From positions 558,001-622,000 of the forward strand of contig CM075994.1 of NCBI GenBank assembly GCA_038087875.1: DNA of 64,000 nt. Direction: 5' to 3'. The stretch is from Malacoraja senta. Its lineage: Eukaryota. Numbering within the stretch: position 1 is the stretch's first letter; the number at the start of each line of letters is the position of its first letter. Of the stretch, positions 15,130-28,500 are shown piece by piece. A model generated the notes under the pieces. The model did no database searches. It was given only the letters and a program-made list of their open reading frames with translations, and had not been told where the DNA came from. Position numbers and translations under genes: made by a program.

Positions 15130-18015
15130 CTCAGGGCACAACTCGGTGCGCGTCTCCACCGCTGGATGGTCAGATCCGTGTGTGGCCCCAGCTGCCGCCG
15201 TGTGGTTTCAGCTCTGCGGTCCCGGCCTGCAGCAGGAAGTACATTCTGCACGAAGCAGCTGCCATCTGTCTCTGACCCGGGATCCGGACTTTGGTGGGGG
15301 GGGAGTCGGCTCACTGATGTTATCTGGTGCTCTGGAGGCTGGCCTGCTGGTACAAATGTTGTGAAGTGGACATTTCCTGCTGATGTTTGTGGGGCAGCAT
15401 TTGTGATCATTCGCCTCTGTTCCAGGATTGATGCTAGCTGTCTGAGAACTTGGTTATGCTGCCAAGTGTAACACCCTTGGGCGAGGATCGTAGTGCATCC
15501 TGTTAAAATGTACCTTAGTGATGCAGGTGCTTGGCAAAGGGAGCAAGTGGGGTCTTCTCTGAACCACTGCTTCAGGTTCTGGGATGATGGTAGAACATCA
15601 TAAGTGGCTCTGATGACAAAACATAGCCGAGATCCTTCCATTTGCCAGATTTCACGCCAGCTGAGTTTCCTCTTTTCCAGGCTCTCCCAGTTAGTGCATT
15701 GGCCCTGCTTGGCCATTGAGACGGACTTGGCATGTCGCTCTGTCTCCCCCCGTCTTCTCACCTCCTCCACCTTGACCCGTCTTTTCTCCACTGATGTTGC
15801 CTTGTGTCCTTGAAGAGCTTTTGGGACGAGCCCGAGCCCGGGTCTCCAGTGTTGAACTTGGCCAACCATATCCTGGAAATGGAGAGCAGAGAACGGCTTC
15901 AGACGGGGTCCACTTCCTGCCCGTTGCCACACGGGGGGCTGCTGTTTGAATAACAGTATCTTCAGATTCAGTGAGGGTCATGACCAACCTTGCTTTAGTG
16001 CATTTGAACTCTTCCACAAGTCCTGCAATGGGCAATTCCAATTTGCCACTCCCGTACAGTCCGACAGCACTTAAGCATCGTGGAAGTCCAAGCCACTGTT
16101 TCACATGTGCGCTGACCATTCTTTCCAGCTTTTCCACTTTGTTGATGGGGATTGCATACATAGTTAAAGGCCACATGATTCTTGGTAGTATGTCAAATTG
16201 GAAGCGCCACAGCTTGAGTTTTCCTGGTAGCAAGGTCCTGTTGATGCGAGCTATGTGCTTGTATCCCTTTTGAGTTGTTCAAACTGCTCGGTGTCCTTGA
16301 GCTTTGCATCATACCATCGGCCCAAACTCTTCACTTGCATTTCTGAAACAGTTGGAACAGGTATACCTTCAATATGAAATCTTTGATCCTTGACTTGACC
16401 TTTGACAATGGAGATGCTTCTGCACTTGCTGGGTTTAATCTTCATCCTTGCCCATGTGATGTTTTGATGAAGTTTTTCCAGGAGTTTCTTGGTGCAGGGG
16501 ACAGTTATCATTAGTGTTGTTATATCGTCCATATAGGCTCATATAGGTGGTAACCACTGACCACACTGTAGCCGTTTTCCTCCCACAACCCATTTTGATG
16601 CTCTGATAATGAGCTCCATTGCCATAGTGAAGGTCAATGGGGAGATGGTGCACCCCGCCATGATGCCTACTTCCAGTGGTTGCCTCGCTGTGGTAAAGTC
16701 TGATGTTGTGAGACAAAATTGCAGATCCTGGAAGTAGTTTTTTTACCAGATTTGTTATTATTGCAGGCACCTGAAAGAATTCAAAAGCAGTCCACAGTAG
16801 CGAATGAGGAACTGATCCATAGGCGTTGGCCAGGTCGAGAAACAAGACATGCAGATTCTTTCTTTCTTTCTTAGCAATCTGGATTTGATGCCATATGATG
16901 CTGGTATGTTCAAGGCATCCGTGAAGCCTGCTATGTCAGCCTTTTGGATTGACGTATCAATGAAATGGTTTTGTTTCAGATACTTTGTGAGTCTTTTCGC
17001 CACCACACTGAAAAAGATTTTGCCCTGTTAAAAAGGTTTATTTGCCAAAACTGTTCGATAGTGGATGAATTTTTAATTCTTTTGGGATCAGCATTCCCCC
17101 CTGCTCTTCGCCATGCTTTGGGGATGACTTCCTTTTCCCACGCAACCGTCATGTTCCTCCAGAAAAATTTCAGAATATCTGGGGCATTCTTGTGGACACA
17201 ATAGAACACAATTAAGGCCTGGTGCAGAGGCCGTTCTTGCCTTCCTCACTACTTCTTCTTACCTCACTCAGCTTGTGTGGGCTTATATCTAATTGATGAT
17301 GTGGGGGTGAGATTGGTGGGATGTCAGTGGGGACAAAAATCAGTTCATCTTTTAACTCATCAAAGTGGATGGTTCTGATGTGTCCTTCAACCTCCTTTTT
17401 TGACGCTTTCAGGGATCCTCTTTTCTCTTTTGTGAAAATGCCTTTCACAAACTTAAAGTGATCTTTGTTGAAGTCTGTTCTTGCTTTTTCCTTCTTTTGC
17501 GTTGTTTCCTTAAATTCTCCGCTCTGCTCAGCTTCGAAGCCTTTAGGTCCTCTTGAAGGAGGTTGATGACCTCCCTATCTTATGCTGTTGCTATTTTCCA
17601 CATCTTTCTCAGGCCTCTTCTTTCTTTAACAAGTCGTTAGATTTGCTGGTGACGACGGGACTTGGGGGGAGGAGGCCTATCTTTTCTGCTGTGTTGTTCC
17701 TTCTCGCCAAATTTCTCCTTTCCATAGCTGTAGACTAGATCACCCATCTTCTCCAACTTCTTTTCTGCTGATCCCTTGATTCCACTTAAGATTAAGCTCA
17801 CATCTGCATTGATGGTTTCCCACTCCTTGCTGTTAGACTTTGGCCATTTCACCAACGGCTTATGTCCTTGCATGTTCTCCACTTTACGACGTGCCTGGTT
17901 GTGTCTTGGTCTGTTGCCTGAAACTTCTGCCACATCCCGTAGGGTGCTGATGCTCTGCGGACTGTGGATTTCTTCCTGCCACTGTGTTTCATCCGACTGA
18001 TTTGACCTTCCTCTT
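15130..18015 (-). mobile_element. Degenerate RLE-type (R2/NeSL group, HERO-like) non-LTR retrotransposon
   Basis: Frameshifted minus-strand pieces in order: KWPKSNSKEW, FLDLANAYGSVPH (RT), YMDDITTL (catalytic), WARMKIKPSKCRSISI, ILPRIMWPL, and CSLCQAPASLRYILTGC...YTWQHNQVLRQLA (CCHC knuckle and RHN motif preceding a restriction-like endonuclease). Confidence 0.8.
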
Positions 18016-18019
18016 GACA

Positions 18020-18565
18020 GAATGTTCTGCCCAACTTACCCACAATGGCCAACATGTCCCAGCTGCGCTAGTCCCACCTACCCGTGTTTGGCCCATATCC
18101 CTCCAAACCTGTCCTATCCATCCACCTGTTTCTTAAACGTTGGGATGGTCCCAGCCTCATCTACCTCCTCTGGCAGCTCGTTCCATGCACCCACTTTTCC
18201 ATGTGTGGAAAAGTTACCCCTGAGATCCCTATCAAATCTTTTCCCCCTTCACCTTAAACCTATGTCCTCTGGTCATCGATTCACCTCCTCTGGGCATGAG
18301 TGTGCATCTACCTGATCTGCTCCTCTCATGATTTTGTACACCTCTATAAGATCACCCCTTATCCTCCTGCACTCCACGGAATAGAGTCCCAGCCTGCTCA
18401 ACCTTTCCGTGTAGCTCACACCCTCTAGTCCAGGCAACATCCTCATAAATCTTCTCTGTACTCTTTCCAGCATGACAATATCTTTCTTATAACATGGTGC
18501 CCAGTACTGAACTCAATACTCTAAATGCGGTCTCATCAACGATTTATACAACTGCAACATGATCT
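18020..18565 (-). mobile_element. CR1 LINE 3' fragment (second subfamily)
   Basis: Translates as LERVQRRFMRMLPGLEGVSYTERLSRLGLYS...GDLIEVYKIMRG. Related copies lie at 25945-26300, 52670-53170 and 58340-58810 (+). Confidence 0.85.
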
Positions 18566-20904
18566 ACCAAGCACTGCCACTAAACAGTTTTGTGTTTACT
18601 TTTTCAAACATAAACTTTATTTGCAGTTAAAAATTCATATACAAGATGATGCAGCAGGAAAGGACCTTGGTTTGGCTGCATTTGGAGTATTGCATGCAGT
18701 TCTGGTTGCCCCATTACTGGAAGGATGTGGAGGCTTTGGAAAGGGTACTGTGGAGGTTTACGAGAATATGTAGGAAGAAACTGCAGATGCAGGTTTACAC
18801 CGAAGTTAGACACAAAATGTTGGAGTAACTCAGCGGGACAGGCAACATCTCTGGATAGAAACGTCACCCATTCCTTCCATCCAGTATTTTGTGTCTACCT
18901 TTACCACAATGTTGTCGGATGGAACTGCAGATGCCGGTTTAAAGCGAAGGTGGACACAAAAAGCTGGAGTAACTCAACAGGACAGGCAGCATCTCTGTAC
19001 AGAAGAAATGGGTGACGTTTCAGGTCGAGGAGGGTATTGACCCGAAACGTCCCCCATTCCTTCTACCAGAGATGCTGCCTGTCCTGCTGAGTAACCTGCT
19101 GAGCTACTCCAGCATTTAGTGTCTATCTTCGGTTTACTGCAATGTTGCCTGGATTGGAGGTTTTCAGCTACAGGTAGAGTTGAATTGTCAGAGGCTGAGT
19201 GGAGACTTGGAAGAAGTATATAGAACTATGAGAGGCATGAGTTGGGTAGACAGTCAGAACCTTTATCCCCATGGTGGAAATGTCCAACACTAGAGGGCAC
19301 AGCTATAAGGTGAGAGGGGTAAGTTAATGGAGATGTGCGGGGCATGTTTTTTACACAGAGGGTGGTGGGGGCCTGGAACGCACTGCCAGCTGTGGTGGTG
19401 GAGGCAGATACGATAGTGGTGTTTAAAGGGCTTTTAGACAGGCACATGGAAATGCAGGGTATGCAGGTATGGTTCTTTATTTGTCACATGTACCGAGGTA
19501 CAGTGGAATTCATTTTTGTATACAGATCAGTACAAGTATCACTATACTTACACTATACTGTCTGAAGGAGGGTCTCGACCCAAAACGTCACCCATTCCTT
19601 CTCTCCAGAGACGCTGCCTGTCCCGCTGGGTTACTCCAGCATTTTGTGTCTATCTTCGGTGTAAACCAGCATCTGCAGTTCATTCGTATGCTACACATAA
19701 GCTCTTAGATACATCTTAGATCAGCATCTCAGCCACAGTACAAGTGTATCACAGTAGTACACTGAGATAGTGTACAGAGTTACCAGTTTGGGGCCATTTC
19801 CAAGTCCCAGTTGTTGTAAGTGCAGGGATCCTGACCTGCCCATGAAGGCCTGTAATCCTGGCGGCGTTGCATGGTCGGCCTGGCCAAGCATAGCCGTGGT
19901 GTCGTCCGTCGCTGCTCCACCGCTGTAGGCCGCGTGCGGTCCACGTGCTCGGCCTCTTGGAGCGGCGACTGGTGTACCCAAGCCCCAGGCAGCTGCAGGG
20001 CCTCCCGTCGAGGCCGTGCACCCCCACCCACAGCCGTGCACCCCCTCCGCCAGGGGTCCATGGACTTCGATCTGTCCATGATAGACAAGTCCCCGGTCTA
20101 TCCCTCTATTCCCTGCACTTCCAAAAGCCCCTTAAGCACCACTATCGTATCTGCCTCCACCACTATTCCTGGCAGCACATTCCAAACCCTGCCATTCTCT
20201 GTGTAAAAAGAAACCTGCTCCCCACATGTCCATTAAACTTTGCCCCTCTCACCTTATAGCTCTGCCCTCTCATGTTGGACATTCCCACCCTGGGAGAAAG
20301 GTTCTGACTGTCTACCCTATCCATGCCTCTAATTTTACATGCATCTATCAGGTGGCACAGCGGTAGAGCTGCTGCCTTACAGCGCTTGCAGCACCGGAGA
20401 CCCGGGTTCGATCCCGACTACAGGTGCTGGGTACACGGACTCGGTGGGCCGAAGGGCCTGTCTACGCGCTGTATCTCTAAAATTAAAAAACTCATATTTT
20501 GTTCTTATTTCAGATTTTCACATTTCTTCTGCTTTCTGATGAGGGCAGATAGTCTCAACATGGAAATTTGTGTTCATCAGGACTAGGGTTTAACATGAGG
20601 AACTGAGATTAACCTGAAGTCTGTTCTACATGTCAGAGGCTTTCATCTGTATTAAAGGGGTTCTGACATTTTCAAGTCTATGCCTATCCCTTTGAATCAA
20701 TAAATCAATGTAAATCTCTCCCGTTGAGTTAACAAACATATCTCCACCAGATGTTCCACTGACTAACACAGAACAGACCTGTTGCTAATCCTTTAGTGCC
20801 ATCATAACTTCTGTCCCTCCTTGGTTGAAATTTTTATTGTGCTCTTTAATTCAATGTGTTTTTGAACAAGGTCTTTCACAAAAAGACAGACAAAAAATGC
20901 AGGA

Positions 20905-21832
20905 GGAACAAATGTGGATGGTACAAAAATAGGTGGAGGGGCAGCTAGTGCAGAGAAAGCAGGGACTCTGCAGAAGGACTTGGACAGGTTGGGAGAGTGG
21001 TCAGGGAAGTGGCATGATGGAATATAGCTTGGAAAAGTGTGGAGTCATGCATTGTGATAGTGGGAATAAAGGCACAGACTAGTTTCTCAATGGGGAGTGA
21101 ATCCAGAAATCCGAGGTGCAAAGGGACTTGGAAGTGCTGGTGCCGGATTCCCAAAAAGTTAACGTGCAAGTCGAATCGGTTGTAAAGAAGGCAAACGCAT
21201 TGCTAGTATTTATTTCAAGAGGGCTATTATACAACAACAGGGACGGAATGCTGAGGCTCTATAAGGTGCTGTTCAGGCCACATTTGGAATATTGTAAGCA
21301 ATTTTGGGCACCATATCTGAGGAAGGATGTGTTGGCTCTGGAGAGGCTTAAGAGGAGGTTAACAAGAATGATACCAGGAATGAGCAGGTTAACAAATGAT
21401 AAGCATTTGCCGGCACTAGGCCTGTACTCGCTGGAGTTTAGAAGAATGAAGGGGAATCTCATTGAAACGTATCGAATAGTGAAAGGCTTGGATACAGAGG
21501 ATGTGGAAAGAATGTTTCTACTATTGGGAGAGTCTAGGACTAGAGGTCACAGCATCAGCATCAAAGGACGTTCCTTTAGGAAGAAGGAATTTCTTTGTTC
21601 AGAGGATGGTGAATCTGTGGAACTCTTTGCTACAGAAGGCTGTGGATGCCGGCAGTGGATATTTCTAACGCAGAGCTAGATATATTCTTGATTAGTACAG
21701 GTATCAGGGGTTATGGGGAGAAGGCAGATGAATGAGGTAAGGAGGGAGACATAGATCAGCCATGATTGAATGGCGGTGTAGACTTGATGGGCCGACTGGT
21801 CTAATTCTGTTCCTATCACTTATGACCGTATG
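20905..21832 (+). mobile_element. CR1 LINE 3' fragment
   Basis: ORF 21116-21679: QRDLEVLV...RPHLEYCKQFWAPYLRKD...ESRTRGHS, followed by the 3' UTR. Confidence 0.9.
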
Positions 21833-24800
21833 AACACAGCGGGTCAGGCAGCATCCCTGGAGAAAAGGAATAGGTGAGGTTTTAGGTCGAGACCCTTCAG
21901 ACTGAGAGTCAGGGGGGAGGGAAATGATGAAAAAAGGTAAAAATTAACAAATGAATGTAAGTTATGGAAAATGACAAACCAAAGCTCAGAACGGTACATT
22001 GTTGTCTGTGGAAAAATGATAACGAGTGAATCCAAACAGTGAAACTCAGAGGGATGACAGAGAAACTAGTAGGATGATGAGGGTGGGGGAGGGGTAGAGA
22101 GAGAGGGAATGCAAGGGTTACTTCACGTTAGAGAAATCAATAGTCATATCCGTACGCTGCCATGATACGTGCTCTTAGACAGAAAATGCTGGAGTAACTC
22201 AGCGGGATAGGCAGCATCTCTGGAGAAAAGGAATGGGTGACATTCGAGATCGAGACCCTTCCTTCCAACTACCTGTCCCGCTGAGTTACTCCAGCATTTT
22301 GTGCATGTCTTCAGTGCAAACCAGCATCTGCAAGTTCCTTCCTACACAATAAATACTCCTGTTTGTCAAAGATAGACACAAAACGCTGGAGTAACTCAGC
22401 GGGTCAGGCAGCATCTCTGGAGAGATGGAATGGGTGATGTTTCCAGTGGAGACCCTTCTTCAGACTGGTTAGTGACAGGGGAAACGAGAGATATAGGTGA
22501 TGATGGCGAGGGGAATGTTTCACGGAACACCTCCACTCAGTAGGCCTGAACCCACCTGATCTCCCGGTCGCCAAACACTTTAATTCTCCTTCCCATTCAC
22601 TGTGTTTCACTGTCCCTCAATTGGTACATGTGACAATAAACTGAGCTTTGGACCTTTGAAAATTTGAACCCATTCCCACACTGACCTTTCTGTCCTAGGT
22701 CTCCTCCATTGTCAGAGTGTGGCTAAATGCAAATTGGAGGAACAGCATCTCATATTTCGCTTGGGCAGCTTACAGCCCAGTGTAATGAATATTGATTTGT
22801 CTCACTACAGGTAGCCCCGGCGTTCCCACTCACATTGTCCCTCCCTCACCCAAGTAACACTAACTTCTCATATCCACCCAACAAACAGCTATGGCCTGTT
22901 TCCTTTTCCATCGTTACTTTTTCGCACATCTTTCATTCATTGTTCTTTATCTCTACATCATCGTCTATATCTCTCGATTCCGTTTTCCACTAACCAGTCT
23001 GAAGAAATGCCTCGACCTAAAACGTCACCCATTCTTTCTCTCCAGAGATGCTGCCTGTCCTGCTGAGTTACTCCAGCATTTTGTGTCTATCTTCGGTTTA
23101 AACCAGCATCTGCGGTTCCTTCCTACTCTCTTGGTTGCCATCTTGTGGCCATGTATGGTCTAGCCAAGACAATGAAATGTCGATGATGGCACGGTCCTGC
23201 AACGGTAGAGTTAGACAATAGACAATAGACAACAGACAATCGACAATAGCTGCAGGAGTAGGTAATTCGGCCCTTTGAGCCAGCACCACCATTCAATGTG
23301 ATCATGGCTGATCATCAAAAATCAGTATCCCGTTCCTGCTTTCTCCTCATATCCCTGACTCCGCTATCTTTAAGAGCCTTATCTAGCTCTCTCTCGAAAG
23401 TATCCAGAGAACGGGCCTCCACCGCCCACTGAGGCAGAGAATTCCACAGACTCACAACTCTCTGTGTGAAGATTTGTTTCCTCATCTCCGTTCTAAATGG
23501 CCTACCCTTTATTCTTATGCCCTATACAACTGCAGAAGGACCTCTTTGCTCCGATTGGAACATTGGAAAATGATCACCAATGTGTCCACGATTTCTTGAG
23601 CCACTTCCTTAAGTACCCTGGGATGCAGACCATCAAGCCCTGGAGATTTATCAGCCTTCAGTCCCATCAGTCTGCCCAACACCATTTCCTGCCTAATGTG
23701 GATTTCCTTCAGTACCTCCGTCACCCCAGATCCTCTGGCACGAGTACAGTTGCTGCCTCACAGCGCTTGAAGCGCCAGAGACCCAGGTTCAATCCAGACT
23801 TCAGGTGCTGTCTGTACAGAGTTTGTACTTTATCCCCGTGACCTGCGTGGGGTTTCTCCGAGAATGTGTAAATTATTCCCAGTGTGTGTAGGATAGAGTT
23901 AGTGTGCGTGGATCGATGCTCGTTGCGGACTCGGTGGACCAAAGGGCCTATTTCTGTACTGAATCTCTAAACGCCGGCAACTGCTCTTCTCAAGTCCTTT
24001 GTTAACTGTGCATAAAAAATGTTGCTTGTCACTCCTTGACCATCTTCTTTACTGCCCGAGGTAGACATAAAATGCTGAAGTAACTCAGCGGGACAGGCAG
24101 CATCTCTGGAGAGAAGGAAAGGGCGACTTCTCGGGTCGAGACCCTTCTTCAGACTGATCTTTTTGAGGTTTGAGTCGACAAGGGGAGTGGAATGGTTGAG
24201 ATGGTTGATATCACATCGGGCATTGGAAATAAAAAGGTCCATAGAGGGTGGCGTCCAAGAGGAGCTGGACCGATGGAGAAGGGAGAAGGGGTCATCACTG
24301 GGTGGTGAATACGTCTTCCCATAGAAAAAGGCACAGAGGCGGAGGCAGCGGAAGAAACGCTCTACATTGTGGCGGACCCGGAACTCGCTGAGGTGGGGGT
24401 GGAGGGGAACAAAAGTGAGGCCTCTGCTGAGGACAGACTGTGCCGCATTAGAAAGGGGGAGATCAGGGGGGGGTGATGGTGAAGACACAACAAGGGTAGG
24501 GGTTAGAGTCGGAAGAGGGCAGGTGAGTAGACAGAGTCTGAGATCAAATCTGGTGGAGGGATGGTGGGTGTTCAGAGTGGAGGGGGGCGTAAGGACAAGT
24601 GCACAGGTGGGGTGTAGCCTGTGGAGAAATACTGAAGAAGGGTTTCGGCCCGAAACGTTACCTATTTCCTTCGCTCCATAGATGCTGCTGCACCCGCTGA
24701 GTTTCTCCAGCATTTTTGTGTACCTGAGAAATACTGACTGGTTGATTCATGGCCTGGGTTGGTAACTCGAACAGTCAGCAATGAAGGAGGCTGCAGAAGA

Positions 24801-24849
24801 CATATCAGATGTTGGTGAGGCCACACTTGTGTTCAGTTTTGGTCACCAT

Positions 24850-25510
24850 GTTTTTTTAATTTTTTTTATTGTATTTATTAGAAGTGCATTAAATTACAAA
24901 CAATTACATTAGTACACATCACGTATATCTTATTACAATTAATGTACTCCTTCGTTTTTTAAAGCTAATAAAAAGAAAAGTTTGAAATTAAGAAGAAAGA
25001 GAAAGTGAAAGAAAATAGTGTTAGTGTAAAAGCGTGTCAAAAGGAAAGAATAAAGACCCAGTAGAAGAGAAATTAGAGAAAAGAGATTAAGAAATACACC
25101 CTAGGGAAGAAAAAAAAGAAGGAAGAAAAAAGAGAAAAACAGTTACTCTATTATGAGCATCACGCAAATGCGATATACCAACTCGCCACCTTTCATCCCC
25201 CTTTACCAAGTCCTGACATCGGTACCTTTTTAAAGTACTTTTGCACCTTATGCTTGTAGTAGTTCTATAAATGAAGACCACGTCCTATGGAAGTGATCTG
25301 ATTTGCCTGCCAGGAGGAGTCTTATCTCTTCCAGGTGTAATGTTTCAAACATGTTTGAAATCCACATGTTTATAGTTGGTATTGGAGCATTTTCCAGAAT
25401 TTTAGGTTAAGCTTTTTTCCAGTTATTAACCCGTAATCAAATAGGTTCTTTTGAAACACATTTAGTTCAGGGCTAACTTCCGTTGTTCCAAAGATAATCC
25501 ATTCTGCATG
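24850..25510 (-). mobile_element. L1/Tx1-clade LINE 3' end
   Basis: Minus-strand WKNAPIPTINMWISNMFETLHLEEIRLLLAGKSDHF (ORF2 C-terminal W-x-P-x-W region), then a T-rich 3' UTR and AATAAA/poly-A end. Same family as 38500-39075. Confidence 0.6.
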
Positions 25511-28500
25511 TCACCATGTTATAGGAAAGATGTTGTCAAGCTGGAAAGATGCAGAGAGGATTTACAAGGATGATCGTAAGTGATAGGAGTAGAATTAGGC
25601 CATTCAGCCCACCAGGTCTACTCCACCATTCAAACATGGCAGATCTATTTCTCCTTAACCCCACTGTGCTGCCTTCTGCCCATAACACCTGACACCAGTA
25701 CTAAGCAAGAATCTATTTATCCTTGCCTTAAAAATATCAATTGACTTGGCTTCCACAGCCTTCTGTGGCAAAGAATTCCACTGATTGACCATTCTGACTA
25801 TAGAAATTCCTCCTCATCTCCTTCCTAAAGGAACGTCCTTTTATAACCTTTGGTCCAAGACTCTCCCACTAATGAAAACAACCACTCCACATCCACTCCT
25901 ACTAGGCCTTTCACGGTTCTGTATGTCTACCATTCGGTAAGTAATGTTGCTGGGACTCGAGGACCCGAGCTATGGGGAGAGGTTGAGTAGGCTGGGACTC
26001 TATTCCTTGGAATACAGGAGGATGAGGGATGATCTTATAGAGGTGTATAAAATCATGTGAGGAATAGATCGGGTAGATGCACAGGGTATCTTGCCCAGAG
26101 TAGGGGAATCAAGAACCAGAAGACATAGGTTCAATGTGAAGGGGAGAAGATTTAATAGGAATCTGAGGGGTAACATTTTCACACAAAGGGTGGCGGGTGT
26201 ATGGAACAAGCTGCCAGAGGAGGCAATTGAGGGAGGGTCTATCCCAACATTTAAGAAACAATTAGACAGGTACATGGATAGGACAGGTTTGGAGGGATAA
26301 GGGGAGTAGAAAGGTTGAGATGGTTGCTGTCACACCGGCCTTTAGAAATAAAAAGGTCTACAGAGGGTAGAGGGCCATCCGGGGAAGTCCAATGGGAGGG
26401 GGACTAGTGGAGAAGGGAGAATGTGTCATCACTGGGTGGTGAGGACATCTTCCCATAGAAAGAGGCACGGAGGCGGAGAAGATGGAAGAAAACTTCTACA
26501 TCGTGGCGGACCCGGAACTCGTCGAGGTGGGGGCGGAATCAAGAACCAGAGGACATAGGTTTAAGTTGAAGGGGAAATGTTTTAATAGGAATCTGAGGGG
26601 TAAAATTTTCACACAAAGGGTGGCGGGTGTATGGAACAAGCTGCCAGAGGTGGCAATTGAGGGAGGGACTATCTCAACATTTAAGAAACAGTTAGACAGG
26701 TACATGGATAGGGCAGGTTTGGAGGCATGTGGGCCAAATGGCGACACAGTGACACAGCTGTAGAGTTGCTGTCTTACAGCGCTTGCAGCGTCCGAGACCC
26801 GGGTTCGATCCCGACTACCGGTGCAGTCTGTACAGAGATTGTACATTCTCCTTGTGACCTGCGTGGGTTTTCTCCGAGATCTTCGATTTCCTCCCACACT
26901 CCAAAGACGTACAAGTATGTAGGTAAATTGGCTTGATAAATGTAAAAATTGTCCCGAGTGTGTGTAGGATCATGTTAATATGCAGGGACCACTGGTCGGC
27001 ACAGACCTGCTGGGCCGAAGGGCCTAGTTTCCGCGCTGTATCTCTAAACTAAGCTAAACTAAATGTTGGCAGGTGGGACGAGTGTAGATGGGACATGTTA
27101 GCTGGCAAGTTGGCAAGTTGGGCCAAAGGGCCTGTTTTCAAATTGTACAAGTCTATAACAGAAAGTGGTGGACTTTGTCCAGCATGTCTTGGTAACTGAC
27201 CTCCCCACCATCGAAGGGATCTACAGGAAGCGCTTCCTCAGTAAGGTAGTTATTATCATCAAAGACCCACACCACCCACATGCGCATCACACTGCGACCA
27301 ATAGGTGAGAAGGTACAGCAGCTTGCGAAATGTGACCACTAAGTTCAAGAACTGCATCTTCCCCCCAACCACTGTGGAACATCTTGAACTGCCCTGCAAA
27401 ACCCTAACCGCAACGCCACCTCTGCAACAAACGTATTTAGTTTAGTTTAGAAATAGAGCGCGGAAACAGGCCCTTCGGCCCACCAAGTCCGCACTGACCA
27501 GCGATCCCCGCACTTTAGCATTATTGTACACACACACAGGGACAAATTACAGTATACCAAATTAATTAACGTACCCGTGCTCTGTAAGGCAGCAACTCTA
27601 CCGCTGCGCCACCATGCCGGTAGATGCACCAATATGCAGCTCAGAACGCCACAGGAGATCATTTTTCCCTGTGCTATCAAACTGTACAACTCCTCCGCTT
27701 TCTGTCGTGGGGAAAACTGACTCACCCCCCGCCCACCCCCCCCCCCCCCCAACCTCACCCCCCCCCCCCCAACCCTAATCTTTGCACATCCCCAATTCTG
27801 GGCTCTCCACTCGTCACTTTAATCTCATGTTTCTTGTGTGTTGTTGTTTAGTTTAGAAGATACAGTTTAGAGATACAGCGAGGAAACAGGCCCTTCGATC
27901 CACCGGATCCGCACCGAGCAGCGATCCCCGCACACTAACACTATCCCACTAGGAACAATTTTTACATTTACCAAGTTACTAAGCCTACAAACCTGTACGT
28001 CTTTGGAGTGTGGGAGGAAACCGACCATCTCCGGGAAAACCCACGCAGGTCACGGGGAGAAGGTACAAACTCCGTACAGACAGCACCCATAGTCGGATCG
28101 AACATGGGTCTCTGGCGCTGCATTCGCTTAAGGCAGCAACTCTACCGCTGCGCCACCGTGACCGTTTTATGTCTGATGGCAGACGAATTTCCCTCCTGGG
28201 ATGAATAAAGTTCTGAGAAGAAATGAACTGCAGATGTTGCTTTAAAGCGATGATAGACACAACATGCTGGAGTAACTCAGTGGGACAGGCAGCATCTCTG
28301 GAGAGAAGGAATGGGTGGTGTTTCGGGTCAAGAACCTTCTTCAGACTGGGACGAATTTATAGGAGGGGGTCCTCACCACCCAGTGATGAACCCTTCTCCC
28401 ATCTCTTTTTAAAAATATTTTTATATACTCCCCACCTGTGCACTTGTTCTCACGCCCCTCTCCTCTCTGAACGCCCACCATCCTCGCACCAGACCTCACC

